DNA from: an uncultured archaeon
GTDB lineage: Archaea > Thermoproteota > Nitrososphaeria > Nitrososphaerales > Gagatemarchaeaceae
Direction: 5' to 3'
Assembly: GCA_963817525.1 (NCBI GenBank)
Contig: CAWFOU010000007.1
Span: forward strand, 96,001-160,000
DNA: 64,000 bases
Both the position numbers and the translations under genes were made by a program. This document shows positions 1 to 8,661 of this stretch, piece after piece. Each line of letters opens with the position of its first letter. Position 1 is the first letter of the stretch. The notes under the pieces are model-generated. The model made no database searches. It worked only from the letters and a program-made list of their open reading frames with translations, and was not told where the DNA came from.

Positions 1-1054
1 CCGTCGCCCCTTCGTAGACAAGCAGGTAGTTGTAGTTCGTCGGGACCATAACCACCTGATCTAACGAGGGGATGACGGCAATGCTGGACGGCCCGCAAGT
101 CTCCGGATAAACCCTGAATATCACGTTCCCGTTCGTCCCGTTTACGGCTACGAGCTGCGACCCTCCAGTGACGTAGACGATGTCCGTCGACGGGTTCATG
201 GTCATCGGCCCGTAGATTGGAGAGTCAAGGTCGACCGTGGTCACGAGGGAGCCGCTACTCCCGTTGATGATTGCGAGGTACTGGGAACCGCAGACATCGG
301 CCGTCGCCTCCACACAGCCGTCCGCGTATACCATGCCGGTGTAGGGGTCGACCGCGACCTCGAAGGGGTTGAATACAAGCGGGATGCTCTCGACGGCCGA
401 CCCGGTCGAGACGTTGACCCCGATCACGCTGCCATTCACCGGCCCCCAGAGGACGTGCGTGCTCGAGTCGAGCGCCATCCCACTGGTCTCTCCGCAAGTA
501 AAGTCGTTGGACGCAATGATTCCGAGGCTCAGGGTGACCTCTCCCGTGACAGCATCCGTGGAGCCGCTGACCGCGACGATTTCCCCCGCCAGATTGTCCC
601 CCGGGAGGACGGCCGGGAGGATGGCGTAGACCATGCCCGTCGAGTCGTCGACGGCCAGGTCGTAGCAGTAGCCCGCCGGGGTGCGAGGAAGGGAGACGTT
701 TGCGACCACGACGTTGGAGGAAGCGTTGATCACGGTCAACGAGTCGTTCAGTGAGTAGGCCCCCGGGACAGGCCAGCCGAGGGCGTAGATCCTGCTGGCG
801 TTAGCGTCGACAGCCACGATGGGGCCGCCTGCTCCTCCCAGCGAGATGTTGGCGGCCTCGACGTCCGCTGCCTGAATCGGCTGGCCTGTGCCCGCCGTGG
901 AGGTAGATACGGAGGTGACCGTCTTCGCGATCGTCGTGGTTGAGGTGACTGTCCGCGTCTCGGTCTGGTCGACGCCGCTCCCCGCTAGGTACCCGGCACC
1001 GAGGCTCGCAATCACGAGAATCGCAATCACGGCCGCGAGGGATGCCGTCGGCAT
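1..1054 (-). CDS. Membrane-anchored YncE/YVTN-type beta-propeller protein (3' end runs off window)
   Basis: Manual translation from ATG at 1054: MPTASLAAVIAILVIASLGAGYL (TM), Thr-rich linker, then propeller repeats such as AVDANASRIYA, SLTVINASSNVVVANVSL, DLAVDDSTGMVYA. Absent from the ORF track because there is no stop in the window. Confidence 0.75.
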   Translation of the reverse strand, partial: MPTASLAAVIAILVIASLGAGYLAGSGVDQTETRTVTSTTTIAKTVTSVSTSTAGTGQPIQAADVEAANISLGGAGGPIVAVDANASRIYALGWPVPGAYSLNDSLTVINASSNVVVANVSLPRTPAGYCYDLAVDDSTGMVYAILPAVLPGDNLAGEIVAVSGSTDAVTGEVTLSLGIIASNDFTCGETSGMALDSSTHVLWGPVNGSVIGVNVSTGSAVESIPLVFNPFEVAVDPYTGMVYADGCVEATADVCGSQYLAIINGSSGSLVTTVDLDSPIYGPMTMNPSTDIVYVTGGSQLVAVNGTNGNVIFRVYPETCGPSSIAVIPSLDQVVMVPTNYNYLLVYEGAT

Positions 1055-1309
1055 TTCCACTCGAAAGCGCAAAGGAGCGTGGTACCTATTCAACTCTGTG
1101 GTAGAATGTTCTCAAAGCAGTGTTAGTCCACCTGTCCGAACTTCACGACACCCCATCAACGAGTTCCTCGTTACTTACCGTGCTAGGACAGGAAGAGTCC
1201 CTGGCTTCCAGTTGCTGCACGCAACGAGAACAGCAAATCGGCTGTGCCACTTACGCTGCACGAAGAAAATGAGAAGCCCCTCAAACAAAAGGAAAACTTG
1301 ATTTTTTGT

Positions 1310-1794
1310 CTAACTCATCGCGATGGAGGTGGAGGCGCAAGTTCCTGCGTAGCAAGAGTAAGTTGAATAACCTATCGTTGAAGTCGGAGAGGTTCCAGTT
1401 CCGCCAGCTTGCCACCAAGTTTGATATCCCAGTTGGTAGCTGCCGCTGGTACCTTCGCCGACTTCGTCAGTGAAAGTGGTAATACCAGGGAAGTAGCTCG
1501 AGGAGGTAGTACCACTGTGACCTTCATTCGCTGTCAGGGCGTAGGTCAAGGAATTATAGGATATGTCCTGGGTGTAAAACGCCGTGAAAGTTACACAACA
1601 ACCTGATCCTGAAATATTAGAATCTTGGGCGTAAAGAGTCCAATAGCTGCAGCTGCTACAATAATTGATGCTAAAGTACACGGAATCACCCACGCTTATG
1701 CCGGGAAGTTCGTTGCCGCAGAATTGCGTATGGCAAGTCCCAGAACCCGCCGCATCCTCCACGAACAGAATTGGGTTCTTTGAGTTGGTGCATA
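1310..1794 (-). pseudogene. C-terminal fragment of a G1-peptidase-like secreted protein
   Basis: ISVGDSVYFSINY...WTLYAQDSN...ANEG parallels ISTGDDIYAYVLN...YTAFIEDLSN...WITE of 3158-4411. No signal peptide; it begins at the stop codon of the upstream gene. Confidence 0.45.
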
Positions 1795-3078
1795 TTAACC
1801 GACTATAGATGAGCACGAGCCAGCGTTAGTCTGCAACTGTCCGGCCACGCTCACGGGAAGATAGGAGGTGCTGACCACAGTGTTGCCCACGATTATCCCC
1901 ACGTCCATCGCGGTGTAGGTTGCGATAGGCCCCGAGATTAAGACGGAGAAGGTGTAGTTGGCAGACGAATAGGGACTCATCTGGAGGGTCGGGGAGTCGA
2001 ACTCTAGGTAGCCGATGGGCAACTCATTGAAGCTCGTGTCCTTTTCTTCTGAGTCGGCCGTTTGGTTATTGGGGGCCCATGAGCACTCATTGCCCGCGGA
2101 GTCCGGCACCAGCTCCGGGTTTCCCGCGAACACACGGACCACGTTGCTATTGTTTGCGGGTGACCCGAGCGTGACGGGATGGCTGAAGCTCTGGACGTGT
2201 ATCCTGAAGGTGATGTTCTCCTGGCCGCCGGATGTTGGGAAGCTGGACACCGAGATGTCACTCACGTTCTCGGTGGGGTTGAAAATTCTCCCGCTCCGCA
2301 GGTAGGCTACGCTCGCGCCGGTGTAACCAATAATCTGGCCTTCCAGCGGACCAGTATTACACTCGGGAAGTCCGAACGCATAGTTCGGAAAGTCTGAAGA
2401 GTTGACCTGAGAGGGTAAGTAACCAATTGCGACAGGAATTGCTGTGCATCCAAACGAGTAAGAAGGCCCTAGCCATAGCCCATCGAACCCGGTCGAGTTC
2501 TCACCGGTCGACACCTTGTACTGGATGACTGTAGTTTGACCTGCGGAAAGAGAGATGTTCCCAGGGGAGGCGCTCCCGCTAACGTTGTTGGCAGGCGGTT
2601 GCGGACCCGGAAAGTCAGATGGCCATGAGAACCAGGACGAGCCGAGGGGCGTTGAAATGCTTTGGTTGTAAAAGGGCATGTCAACGAACTGCAGACAGAG
2701 GTCAATGGTCGACCCGGTGCCTACAACAAAGGCAGGCTCTGCGCTTTCGGTGATCTGGGTGCCGTTCGCGAGCGTAGTCACGTTGCTGGGCGGAACCCGA
2801 TATGGCTGGTCGCACGGCGAGGGTGAGATGGTCGACGAGGATTGGCTCGTGCTAGTCGAATGGTCTACGTCGGTCGAAGAACTTGAACTGGTTGAATTCG
2901 TGCTTGAAACAGGAGTAGTGGTACTCGCAGATGTAATAGAGACCTGCGGGTGGTACGACACAGCGAATATGCCGACGGCTAATAGAATCGCTATGACGGC
3001 CGAGACCAGCGGAACCCCGAGACGAGATCCGATGCGACTACTTGTTCTCAATACCAACGACAATTGCCTTGTCCTCAT
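1795..3078 (-). CDS. Membrane-anchored extracellular protein (TM, Ser/Thr linker, beta-rich domains)
   Basis: ORF 1795-3297; likely start MRTRQLS at 3078. Hydrophobic LVSAVIAILLAVGIFAV followed by an S/T-rich linker. Confidence 0.7.
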   Translation of the reverse strand: MRTRQLSLVLRTSSRIGSRLGVPLVSAVIAILLAVGIFAVSYHPQVSITSASTTTPVSSTNSTSSSSSTDVDHSTSTSQSSSTISPSPCDQPYRVPPSNVTTLANGTQITESAEPAFVVGTGSTIDLCLQFVDMPFYNQSISTPLGSSWFSWPSDFPGPQPPANNVSGSASPGNISLSAGQTTVIQYKVSTGENSTGFDGLWLGPSYSFGCTAIPVAIGYLPSQVNSSDFPNYAFGLPECNTGPLEGQIIGYTGASVAYLRSGRIFNPTENVSDISVSSFPTSGGQENITFRIHVQSFSHPVTLGSPANNSNVVRVFAGNPELVPDSAGNECSWAPNNQTADSEEKDTSFNELPIGYLEFDSPTLQMSPYSSANYTFSVLISGPIATYTAMDVGIIVGNTVVSTSYLPVSVAGQLQTNAGSCSSIVG

Positions 3079-3157
3079 AAATGGGTTTTTATTCGAACCA
3101 CCCCTACTGTCGTGCGCAGCCCGCACTTCGTCAGATTGACGCACCTTTGTAGTGGCC

Positions 3158-4411
3158 TTACGTGCAGGGTGCAGGTGTATGCGAACTCGTTTGGAAATGG
3201 TTCTTGAAGTCGCCGCTTGATAACATACTGCTGGTGGCAATGTTCTGGAGAAAATTATCGCAAACACATGGATAAGAGCAGCTAGTGCCGCTCTCAAAAT
3301 AGAACAAGTAGGAATACCCAGTTAGCTGGTAGGCCGCATAAGGAGAGATATTGGTAGCGGTGGAAGCATTTTCGAAGGCCTGGTCAGTGAATGAAACTGT
3401 TCCAAACGTCGCCAGCGGTTGGGTTCCCGGATTGGAGGGGTAATTGGGAAGTTCGGTTATCCATTCAGCCCAAGTTGGAGCCGTCATTGCAGAGAAAGAA
3501 ATATCACCAACATAGCAACTCTCATCGCTGTTAGAGAGGTCCTCGATGAAGGCGGTATAAGTCGAGTCACTACCCCCGTTGTAGTAATTGTTGAGGACAT
3601 AGGCGTATATGTCGTCACCTGTGGAAATAGTGATGTATCCGCCATCGGTGGTTGTACAGTTATGGTAGGAGCCCCCAGTCCCAACTGTTTCATACCATGC
3701 GAAATATTTTGATGTACAGCCGCTTCCATTGCAATCGGCCGTCGTCCCGTCCTGCGCGATGTCGTTGGTGCTTTCGCCGTTATCAGCCAATCCGGTCCAG
3801 GTACTTACATAGCAACGGCCAGAGTTACACCCAGTACCTGGGTATCCAGCGCTTGACTGGTTGTATTCTATGTAGGTAGCGTAAGTGTGAATCGTACCAC
3901 GGGAACTGGGACTCGCGCTATATCCCGCGTAGCGTGGGTTATCGTAGGTAGTCGGTGAATTCACTACGCGATTGGGCTGCACTGATGAACCCAATACCGA
4001 GAGGTTCTTTGATTCGGATATTACTAGACTATCTACTATCGAACCTGTGCTGTTGTGCAATACGAATACAACGTTGTAGCTTTCGATGTCTTCTTGGCAG
4101 GAAGAGGTTCCCTTGGCAATCTGGAATATGCTGTTGAAGGTTGGCTGGTAGTAAGAAGCGACCCCTGTTGAATACAAACTCGAGGCCTTCGCGTTTGCGA
4201 TTGCGGTCGTTTGGTTCATACCGTCATAAGCTTGGGCGATAGCAGACGCGCATGTATCTGCAGGTGGCGAAATAGAGCTAGTTGAGGCCGCGTTCCCTTT
4301 GGAGTCACTTGAAGCAGCGTTCACTACTGACACGGCGCTAGATGCCGCTAGCAGGCACATCATTGCAAAGATGCTTGCGACCTCCAGTTTGGATATAGCC
4401 CGGCGCATCAT
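3158..4411 (-). CDS. Secreted G1 (peptidase A4/eqolisin) family glutamic peptidase
   Basis: Signal peptide; motifs YAGY, STWTGL, IAQDGT (catalytic Gln), YFAWYE, AEWITE (catalytic Glu), LATFGTVSFT. Confidence 0.8.
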   Translation of the reverse strand: MMRRAISKLEVASIFAMMCLLAASSAVSVVNAASSDSKGNAASTSSISPPADTCASAIAQAYDGMNQTTAIANAKASSLYSTGVASYYQPTFNSIFQIAKGTSSCQEDIESYNVVFVLHNSTGSIVDSLVISESKNLSVLGSSVQPNRVVNSPTTYDNPRYAGYSASPSSRGTIHTYATYIEYNQSSAGYPGTGCNSGRCYVSTWTGLADNGESTNDIAQDGTTADCNGSGCTSKYFAWYETVGTGGSYHNCTTTDGGYITISTGDDIYAYVLNNYYNGGSDSTYTAFIEDLSNSDESCYVGDISFSAMTAPTWAEWITELPNYPSNPGTQPLATFGTVSFTDQAFENASTATNISPYAAYQLTGYSYLFYFESGTSCSYPCVCDNFLQNIATSSMLSSGDFKNHFQTSSHTPAPCT

Positions 4412-4905
4412 TCTGTCCAGAAGCAATTGGCTCGGACCTAAAAAGGAAGATTCACGACTGATAACTCAACTAGATTATCAACTGCTAGCAACAATGTTCT
4501 GTAAGGTCGTCGGCAAGGGCATCAGCTATCGTCCTAGACCTCCCCTGTCTCCCGGTATCCCTTCAAAGTATCTTCTATGTACCTGAGCAGGATCGGGTCG
4601 CTACATGTGAACTTGTAGGTCTTCTGTCTTCGATCTCCATGAATTTTTGTTGTGACCTCGACTACGAGGTGAAGCCGCAGCAAGGAATACTCGGGCTCGT
4701 ATGAGCCTGGTCGGCCGCGAATGACTCCAATGACTTCGCTTGGGTAGAGACGCGTCTTGTGACAAATCTCGGAGATCAGTGACGCGTGCTCTCACGAGCT
4801 TCCCAGACGGTGAAGATGCGACTACGCAGGGTTCTGGTGGACAGTGCGGGTCACAAGTCGACGCCCCTCGTTAGCCGGTCTGCGGAAACGCTAAGGATTC
4901 GCGGA

Positions 4906-5042
4906 GAGATGTGGACAAATGCTGTCCACAAGTCCGGACGAGAGTTATGGACAGATGCTGTCCACAAGTATGCACTAGAGTTATGGCCTAATGTGGGCCA
5001 CAAGTCCAAACAAGAGTTATGGCCTAATGTGGGCCATAACTT
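4906..5042. repeat. Four 36-bp tandem units, each with a 23-bp 10-3-10 palindrome (centre ATG)
   Basis: Palindromes at 4909, 4945, 4981 and 5017, e.g. TTATGGACAG-ATG-CTGTCCACAA and TTATGGCCTA-ATG-TGGGCCATAA. Confidence 0.9.
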
Positions 5043-5402
5043 CGAGGTTGCGATCCTCCTTCATGGTATTTTTCACGTCATGGTCGATGGTGCACTTTCC
5101 CCGCGTCAGGCCGCCTTACCGGGCAGTCTTTGCTGACCCTGCGATAATCCCACCTGTGCCGTGCTTTCTGTATCAGGTCGACAATCAACTTCACTGGGGT
5201 GTCTTGCCGGTTGGCGCAGACGGAACTGTTCGGCTTGTCGATGACGCCCATCTACTCGCGGACGCACTTCATCCCGAGGTCCGCATCTCGTCGTCCGGCC
5301 TCAACGTCGTGGACGGGAAGTCGGCCTCAACGATTAATGAAAAATCTACGAGCATTCAAGCGGAATCCTTTATTTTCTGCAAGGCTCGTGCGCAATCCGC
5401 TA

Positions 5403-5472
5403 GGCTAAGGCTCAACCCTTGTGCATTAGCTCGTTTGGGCTAAGGCTCAACCCTTGTGCCTTAACCAGTCCG
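5403..5472. repeat. Two 35-bp tandem units with a 10-3-10 palindrome (centre CCC), homologous to 46742-46878
   Basis: TAAGGCTCAA-CCC-TTGTGCATTA at 5406 and a variant at 5441. Shares the linker GTTTGGGC and the tail TTAACCAGTCCG with the 46.8-kb array. Confidence 0.9.
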
Positions 5473-5601
5473 AGGGGGTTCGCCTCTGGCTCGCAAAGCG
5501 CGATGCAAAAGGCTACCCGAAATGTCGTGACGTGCCAAATCAGCGGTTGTCGGAACGTTTTGATCGAGTCCGTGATATCCTCACCTGCAGGCTCCAGGAG
5601 G

Positions 5602-5624
5602 TAATGCTCCAATGTGGAGCATTA
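5602..5624. repeat. Single perfect 10-3-10 palindrome of the same family
   Basis: TAATGCTCCA-ATG-TGGAGCATTA. Confidence 0.85.
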
Positions 5625-5971
5625 TCTTAGCATGGGTAATGCTCGACTGTCGAGCGCAGCTTTTGAAGGTCCTATCGGGCGCTTTTCCAAGTCGCACTGC
5701 GAACCTGTTGGCAGGCGTTCTGAATCGGGGTCACCCCAAGCTGCAAGAAGCTGCCAGCCGAACCCTTTGATCGGGGACTTAGACGTGCACCGCCAGGTCA
5801 CGAAAACAATGAGGCGCGAAGGCCTCGTGCTTCGCAATCCGCAGACAGCAATGAAGGGCTCTAGTCCTATTCGCCGCTTCCGGCTTTGCTCCCGTTAAAT
5901 GCCCTAACCGACTAGGGAACCGGGTAACTTGACCGAAGAGGAATACGTGAAGGTCCCAAGGTCCGCCCTCG

Positions 5972-7228
5972 CTAAGCTAGAGCAGGACCTTGAGCGCCTG
6001 AGGAGGCTTGTTGAGACTTCATCTCCGCGACCTGCCTCTGCAGGTCGATGATGAGCTTGAGCATCTCCTTGCTCGTCTCCTCGCTCTGGCGGCTGGCTAC
6101 CGCCTGGTTGTAGTCCAGCGATAGTGCCGGCTCCATCCTCTTGTAGGCCTCGACAAAGTCCGCCTCGTAGACCTCGCTCCTGTTGTCGTAGACCTGCTGG
6201 ATCCCCTGTTCGTGCCCCATCATGAACTCGATGAGCGAGCTGTCGACCTTCGCGTGCTCCCCCTCCGTCTTGAAGCTGTGCCTGAGCATGTGGGAGTGCC
6301 AGCTCGAGGGGTTCCCGTTCCTGATCATCCCCTTCGCGGCCAGGTTCATCGCGGCCGCCCTCAACCGGCCGTTCAGGTATTGGTAGCTTACCCCGGTCCC
6401 CTGCTTCCCGGGGAAGACCATGTCGTCCGGACGGGGGTCGCGCCCGTAGAGGCGCACCCACTCCCCGTGCCACGCCTTGAGGTGCTCGATGGAGTCGCGC
6501 CCCAGGTAGGTGTGGTATTGCTTCCTGTGCCTCTTCCTCCCGGTGAACTCGAGCTTCAGCGGATACTCGCCCTCCCAGAGCTTCGCGACCTGCCCCCACC
6601 TCAGGGAAAGGAGCCGGTTGATCTCCACGCCGCTCTGCCACTCCATGAGAAAGGGGATGCGGGACGCGAGGGAGAGGGTCTTCAGGACGACGCGCACGTC
6701 GTCCGCGAGGAGTGCCCGGTCCGGCGTGACTGCCGGCCCTTCGGCGACGGAAAAGTCCCCGACGAGCTGGCTGTCGTTTCTCCTGAAGAAGACCTTCACG
6801 GCCGCGGCGGCGGAGGCGCGCTTAGTCCCGACCCCCCTGTTAAGGAGGTAGTCGTTCACGTATTCGTCCAGCCAGTCCGTGTGCCTCCTCTTCGTCTTGA
6901 CGTCCGTCGGCGGGGAGTTGTAGACGCACTCGAGGTTGTCCTTCACCAGCTCGTCCGGGTCCATGGCCACCCCCTTCGCGTCGCGGAGCCACCGGAGGTA
7001 CTGGTCGAGCATCAGGAGGTAGCAGCACCTCGTCGAGACCTTGGAGATCTTCCTCATGAACCGCCTGATGCTGTCGTAGCGGCCCCAGGTCAGCAGGAGC
7101 CTATCCGTCCTGGCCTGCATCTTGAGCTCCCAAGGCGTGAGGTACCGGCCCCCAGCGTCCTGGGCCGGCGCGGCGGCGCCCGACTTACTTGCTTCTCCCT
7201 TCATCCCTTCAAGATTAACCCTATACAT
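5972..7228 (-). CDS. Tyrosine recombinase / site-specific integrase
   Basis: Box II HMLRHSFKT, MMGH, catalytic Tyr in QVYD, C-terminal coiled coil. Box I reads QSGVEINRLL, with Glu where Arg is canonical. Confidence 0.85.
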   Translation of the reverse strand: MYRVNLEGMKGEASKSGAAAPAQDAGGRYLTPWELKMQARTDRLLLTWGRYDSIRRFMRKISKVSTRCCYLLMLDQYLRWLRDAKGVAMDPDELVKDNLECVYNSPPTDVKTKRRHTDWLDEYVNDYLLNRGVGTKRASAAAAVKVFFRRNDSQLVGDFSVAEGPAVTPDRALLADDVRVVLKTLSLASRIPFLMEWQSGVEINRLLSLRWGQVAKLWEGEYPLKLEFTGRKRHRKQYHTYLGRDSIEHLKAWHGEWVRLYGRDPRPDDMVFPGKQGTGVSYQYLNGRLRAAAMNLAAKGMIRNGNPSSWHSHMLRHSFKTEGEHAKVDSSLIEFMMGHEQGIQQVYDNRSEVYEADFVEAYKRMEPALSLDYNQAVASRQSEETSKEMLKLIIDLQRQVAEMKSQQASSGAQGPALA

Positions 7229-7320
7229 CTAACATCGCGAAAAAGGTTTAAAGTCCAATCTATCGGCGTGAGTTCATGCGCCAAGGGCGCGGGCAAGGAA
7301 AGGAGGATTCTAGCAGCAAC

Positions 7321-8082
7321 ATGACGTCCGTCGACGTCGCTCTAGAGCGGACTTTGCACCCTCCCTCCGGTTTCGTCGACACTTTCGCCGACACGCAGAA
7401 CGAACCTGCCGCTCTCGCCATAGACGCGGGCGTCTCCGACCTCAAGGTCCTCTACCACGACGGAAAGGTCGCGCTCCCGGTCACCTTGACGATACAGACC
7501 TCAACCGGCCTCCACAGGGGGGTGCACATGAGCAGGCTGGTCCACGCAGCCCAGTCGCACGACTCCCCGGACATAGTCTCGTGGCTGAGGAGGATATGCA
7601 AGCAGGTGAACGCCAGCCAGCCGGGGTCGTCGGTCACGTGCGCTTTTGAGGTCCCCTACGCGGATCAGTTCATCCCGGTCTCGATAAAGACGAGCCAGGC
7701 GGGCTCCATCAGCTACAGGTTCACCGCCAAGGGCATGACCGCGTGCCCGTGCAGTAAGAAGATGATAGGCGTCGGCCACATGCAGAGGGCGGAGATCGTG
7801 ATGATGGTGAAGGGTCGCAAACCCGTCGACATGCTCAAGCTTATCGACAAGATGGAGGAGTGCTTCTCGGCGGTCCCGACGGAGAAGATGAAGAGGGTGG
7901 AGGAGGCCAAGAAGATCCTGGAGGCCCAGGACCACCCCCGCTTCGCCGAGGACCTGGTGCGGGAGTGCGCGAGGCGCTTCCCCAACTCGGTTTACATACG
8001 CGCGAGGTGCTTTGAGTCCATCCACGCCCACGACGCGATAGCCACCTGGTCGAGGAAGACCAGGTGGGTCCCAGAGTTCTAG
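7321..8082 (+). CDS. mptA: GTP cyclohydrolase FolE2/MptA family
   Basis: GVHMSRL, TACPCS, HMQR, PRFAEDLVRE and ESIHAHDA motifs. Confidence 0.85.
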   Translation: MTSVDVALERTLHPPSGFVDTFADTQNEPAALAIDAGVSDLKVLYHDGKVALPVTLTIQTSTGLHRGVHMSRLVHAAQSHDSPDIVSWLRRICKQVNASQPGSSVTCAFEVPYADQFIPVSIKTSQAGSISYRFTAKGMTACPCSKKMIGVGHMQRAEIVMMVKGRKPVDMLKLIDKMEECFSAVPTEKMKRVEEAKKILEAQDHPRFAEDLVRECARRFPNSVYIRARCFESIHAHDAIATWSRKTRWVPEF

Positions 8083-8098
8083 AGAGACCGCAGGCCGT

Positions 8099-8503
8099 CT
8101 AGGCCTGAGGCTGTGGGGGAGAGGTCGTCGCGGCTTGCTCCGCGGGCTGCTCGGTCGCTGCGGGTGCGGCCTGCGCCGCCTTGGGCGTTGCCATTGGCCC
8201 GGTCGGACGCATGTACCCGTTGTTCTCCAGCCAGTCGGCGTGGTCCTTGATGTAGCGCCAGACTATGTCGGCCCGCTTGGGGTCGAAGTCCCACGGGGAT
8301 ATCAGGACGATGTCGCCCTCGCGGATCCACATGCGCCTCTTCATCTTGCCCCTTATGCGGCACAGCCTCACCATACCGTCGGTGCACTGGACGAGGACCT
8401 GGTTTCCGCCTGAGATCTTCTGGACCCGGCCCAGGAGCTCTCCCTGCTCGGGGAGGACGAGCTCCTTCAGGTGGGCCTCGTTTAGGACCTTTCTCTTACC
8501 CAA
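8099..8503 (-). CDS. eif1a: Translation initiation factor aIF-1A
   Basis: TTG start MGKRKVLNE; CRIRGKMKRRMWIREGDIVLISPWDF...ADIVWRY. Confidence 0.93.
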   Translation of the reverse strand: MGKRKVLNEAHLKELVLPEQGELLGRVQKISGGNQVLVQCTDGMVRLCRIRGKMKRRMWIREGDIVLISPWDFDPKRADIVWRYIKDHADWLENNGYMRPTGPMATPKAAQAAPAATEQPAEQAATTSPPQPQA

Positions 8504-8661
8504 TTGAGTCTCCTCACTTGTGAGTAGCACGCGCCGCAGAGGCTCTTGAACGACCTTGACTCCTCGTTGAAGATGACGCTGACGTGGGACCTGCACACGG
8601 GCTTGTGGCACTCGCTGCAGGTAGTCTTCGCGATGGCGTTGCAGTTACTACATCTTACCAT
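8482..8661 (-). CDS. Small Cys-rich zinc-finger protein (59 aa)
   Basis: MVRCSNCNAIAKTTCSECHKPVCRSHVSVIFNEESRSFKSLCGACYSQVRRLNWVRERS. The ATG overlaps the helicase 3' end and the ORF fills the intergenic gap. Confidence 0.7.
   Translation of the reverse strand: MVRCSNCNAIAKTTCSECHKPVCRSHVSVIFNEESRSFKSLCGACYSQVRRLNWVRERS

Noticed and set aside
4906-5042. CRISPR array interpretation of the 35-36 bp repeats (also 46742-46878)
   Set aside because: Linkers are only 12-13 bp, the repeats themselves vary, and there are no cas genes.
6212-7324. Long antisense/alternate-frame ORFs (also 14135-14770, 27100-28110, 43325-44659, 48240-49430, 63002-63910)
   Set aside because: Shadows of real genes caused by high GC3; no recognisable motifs.
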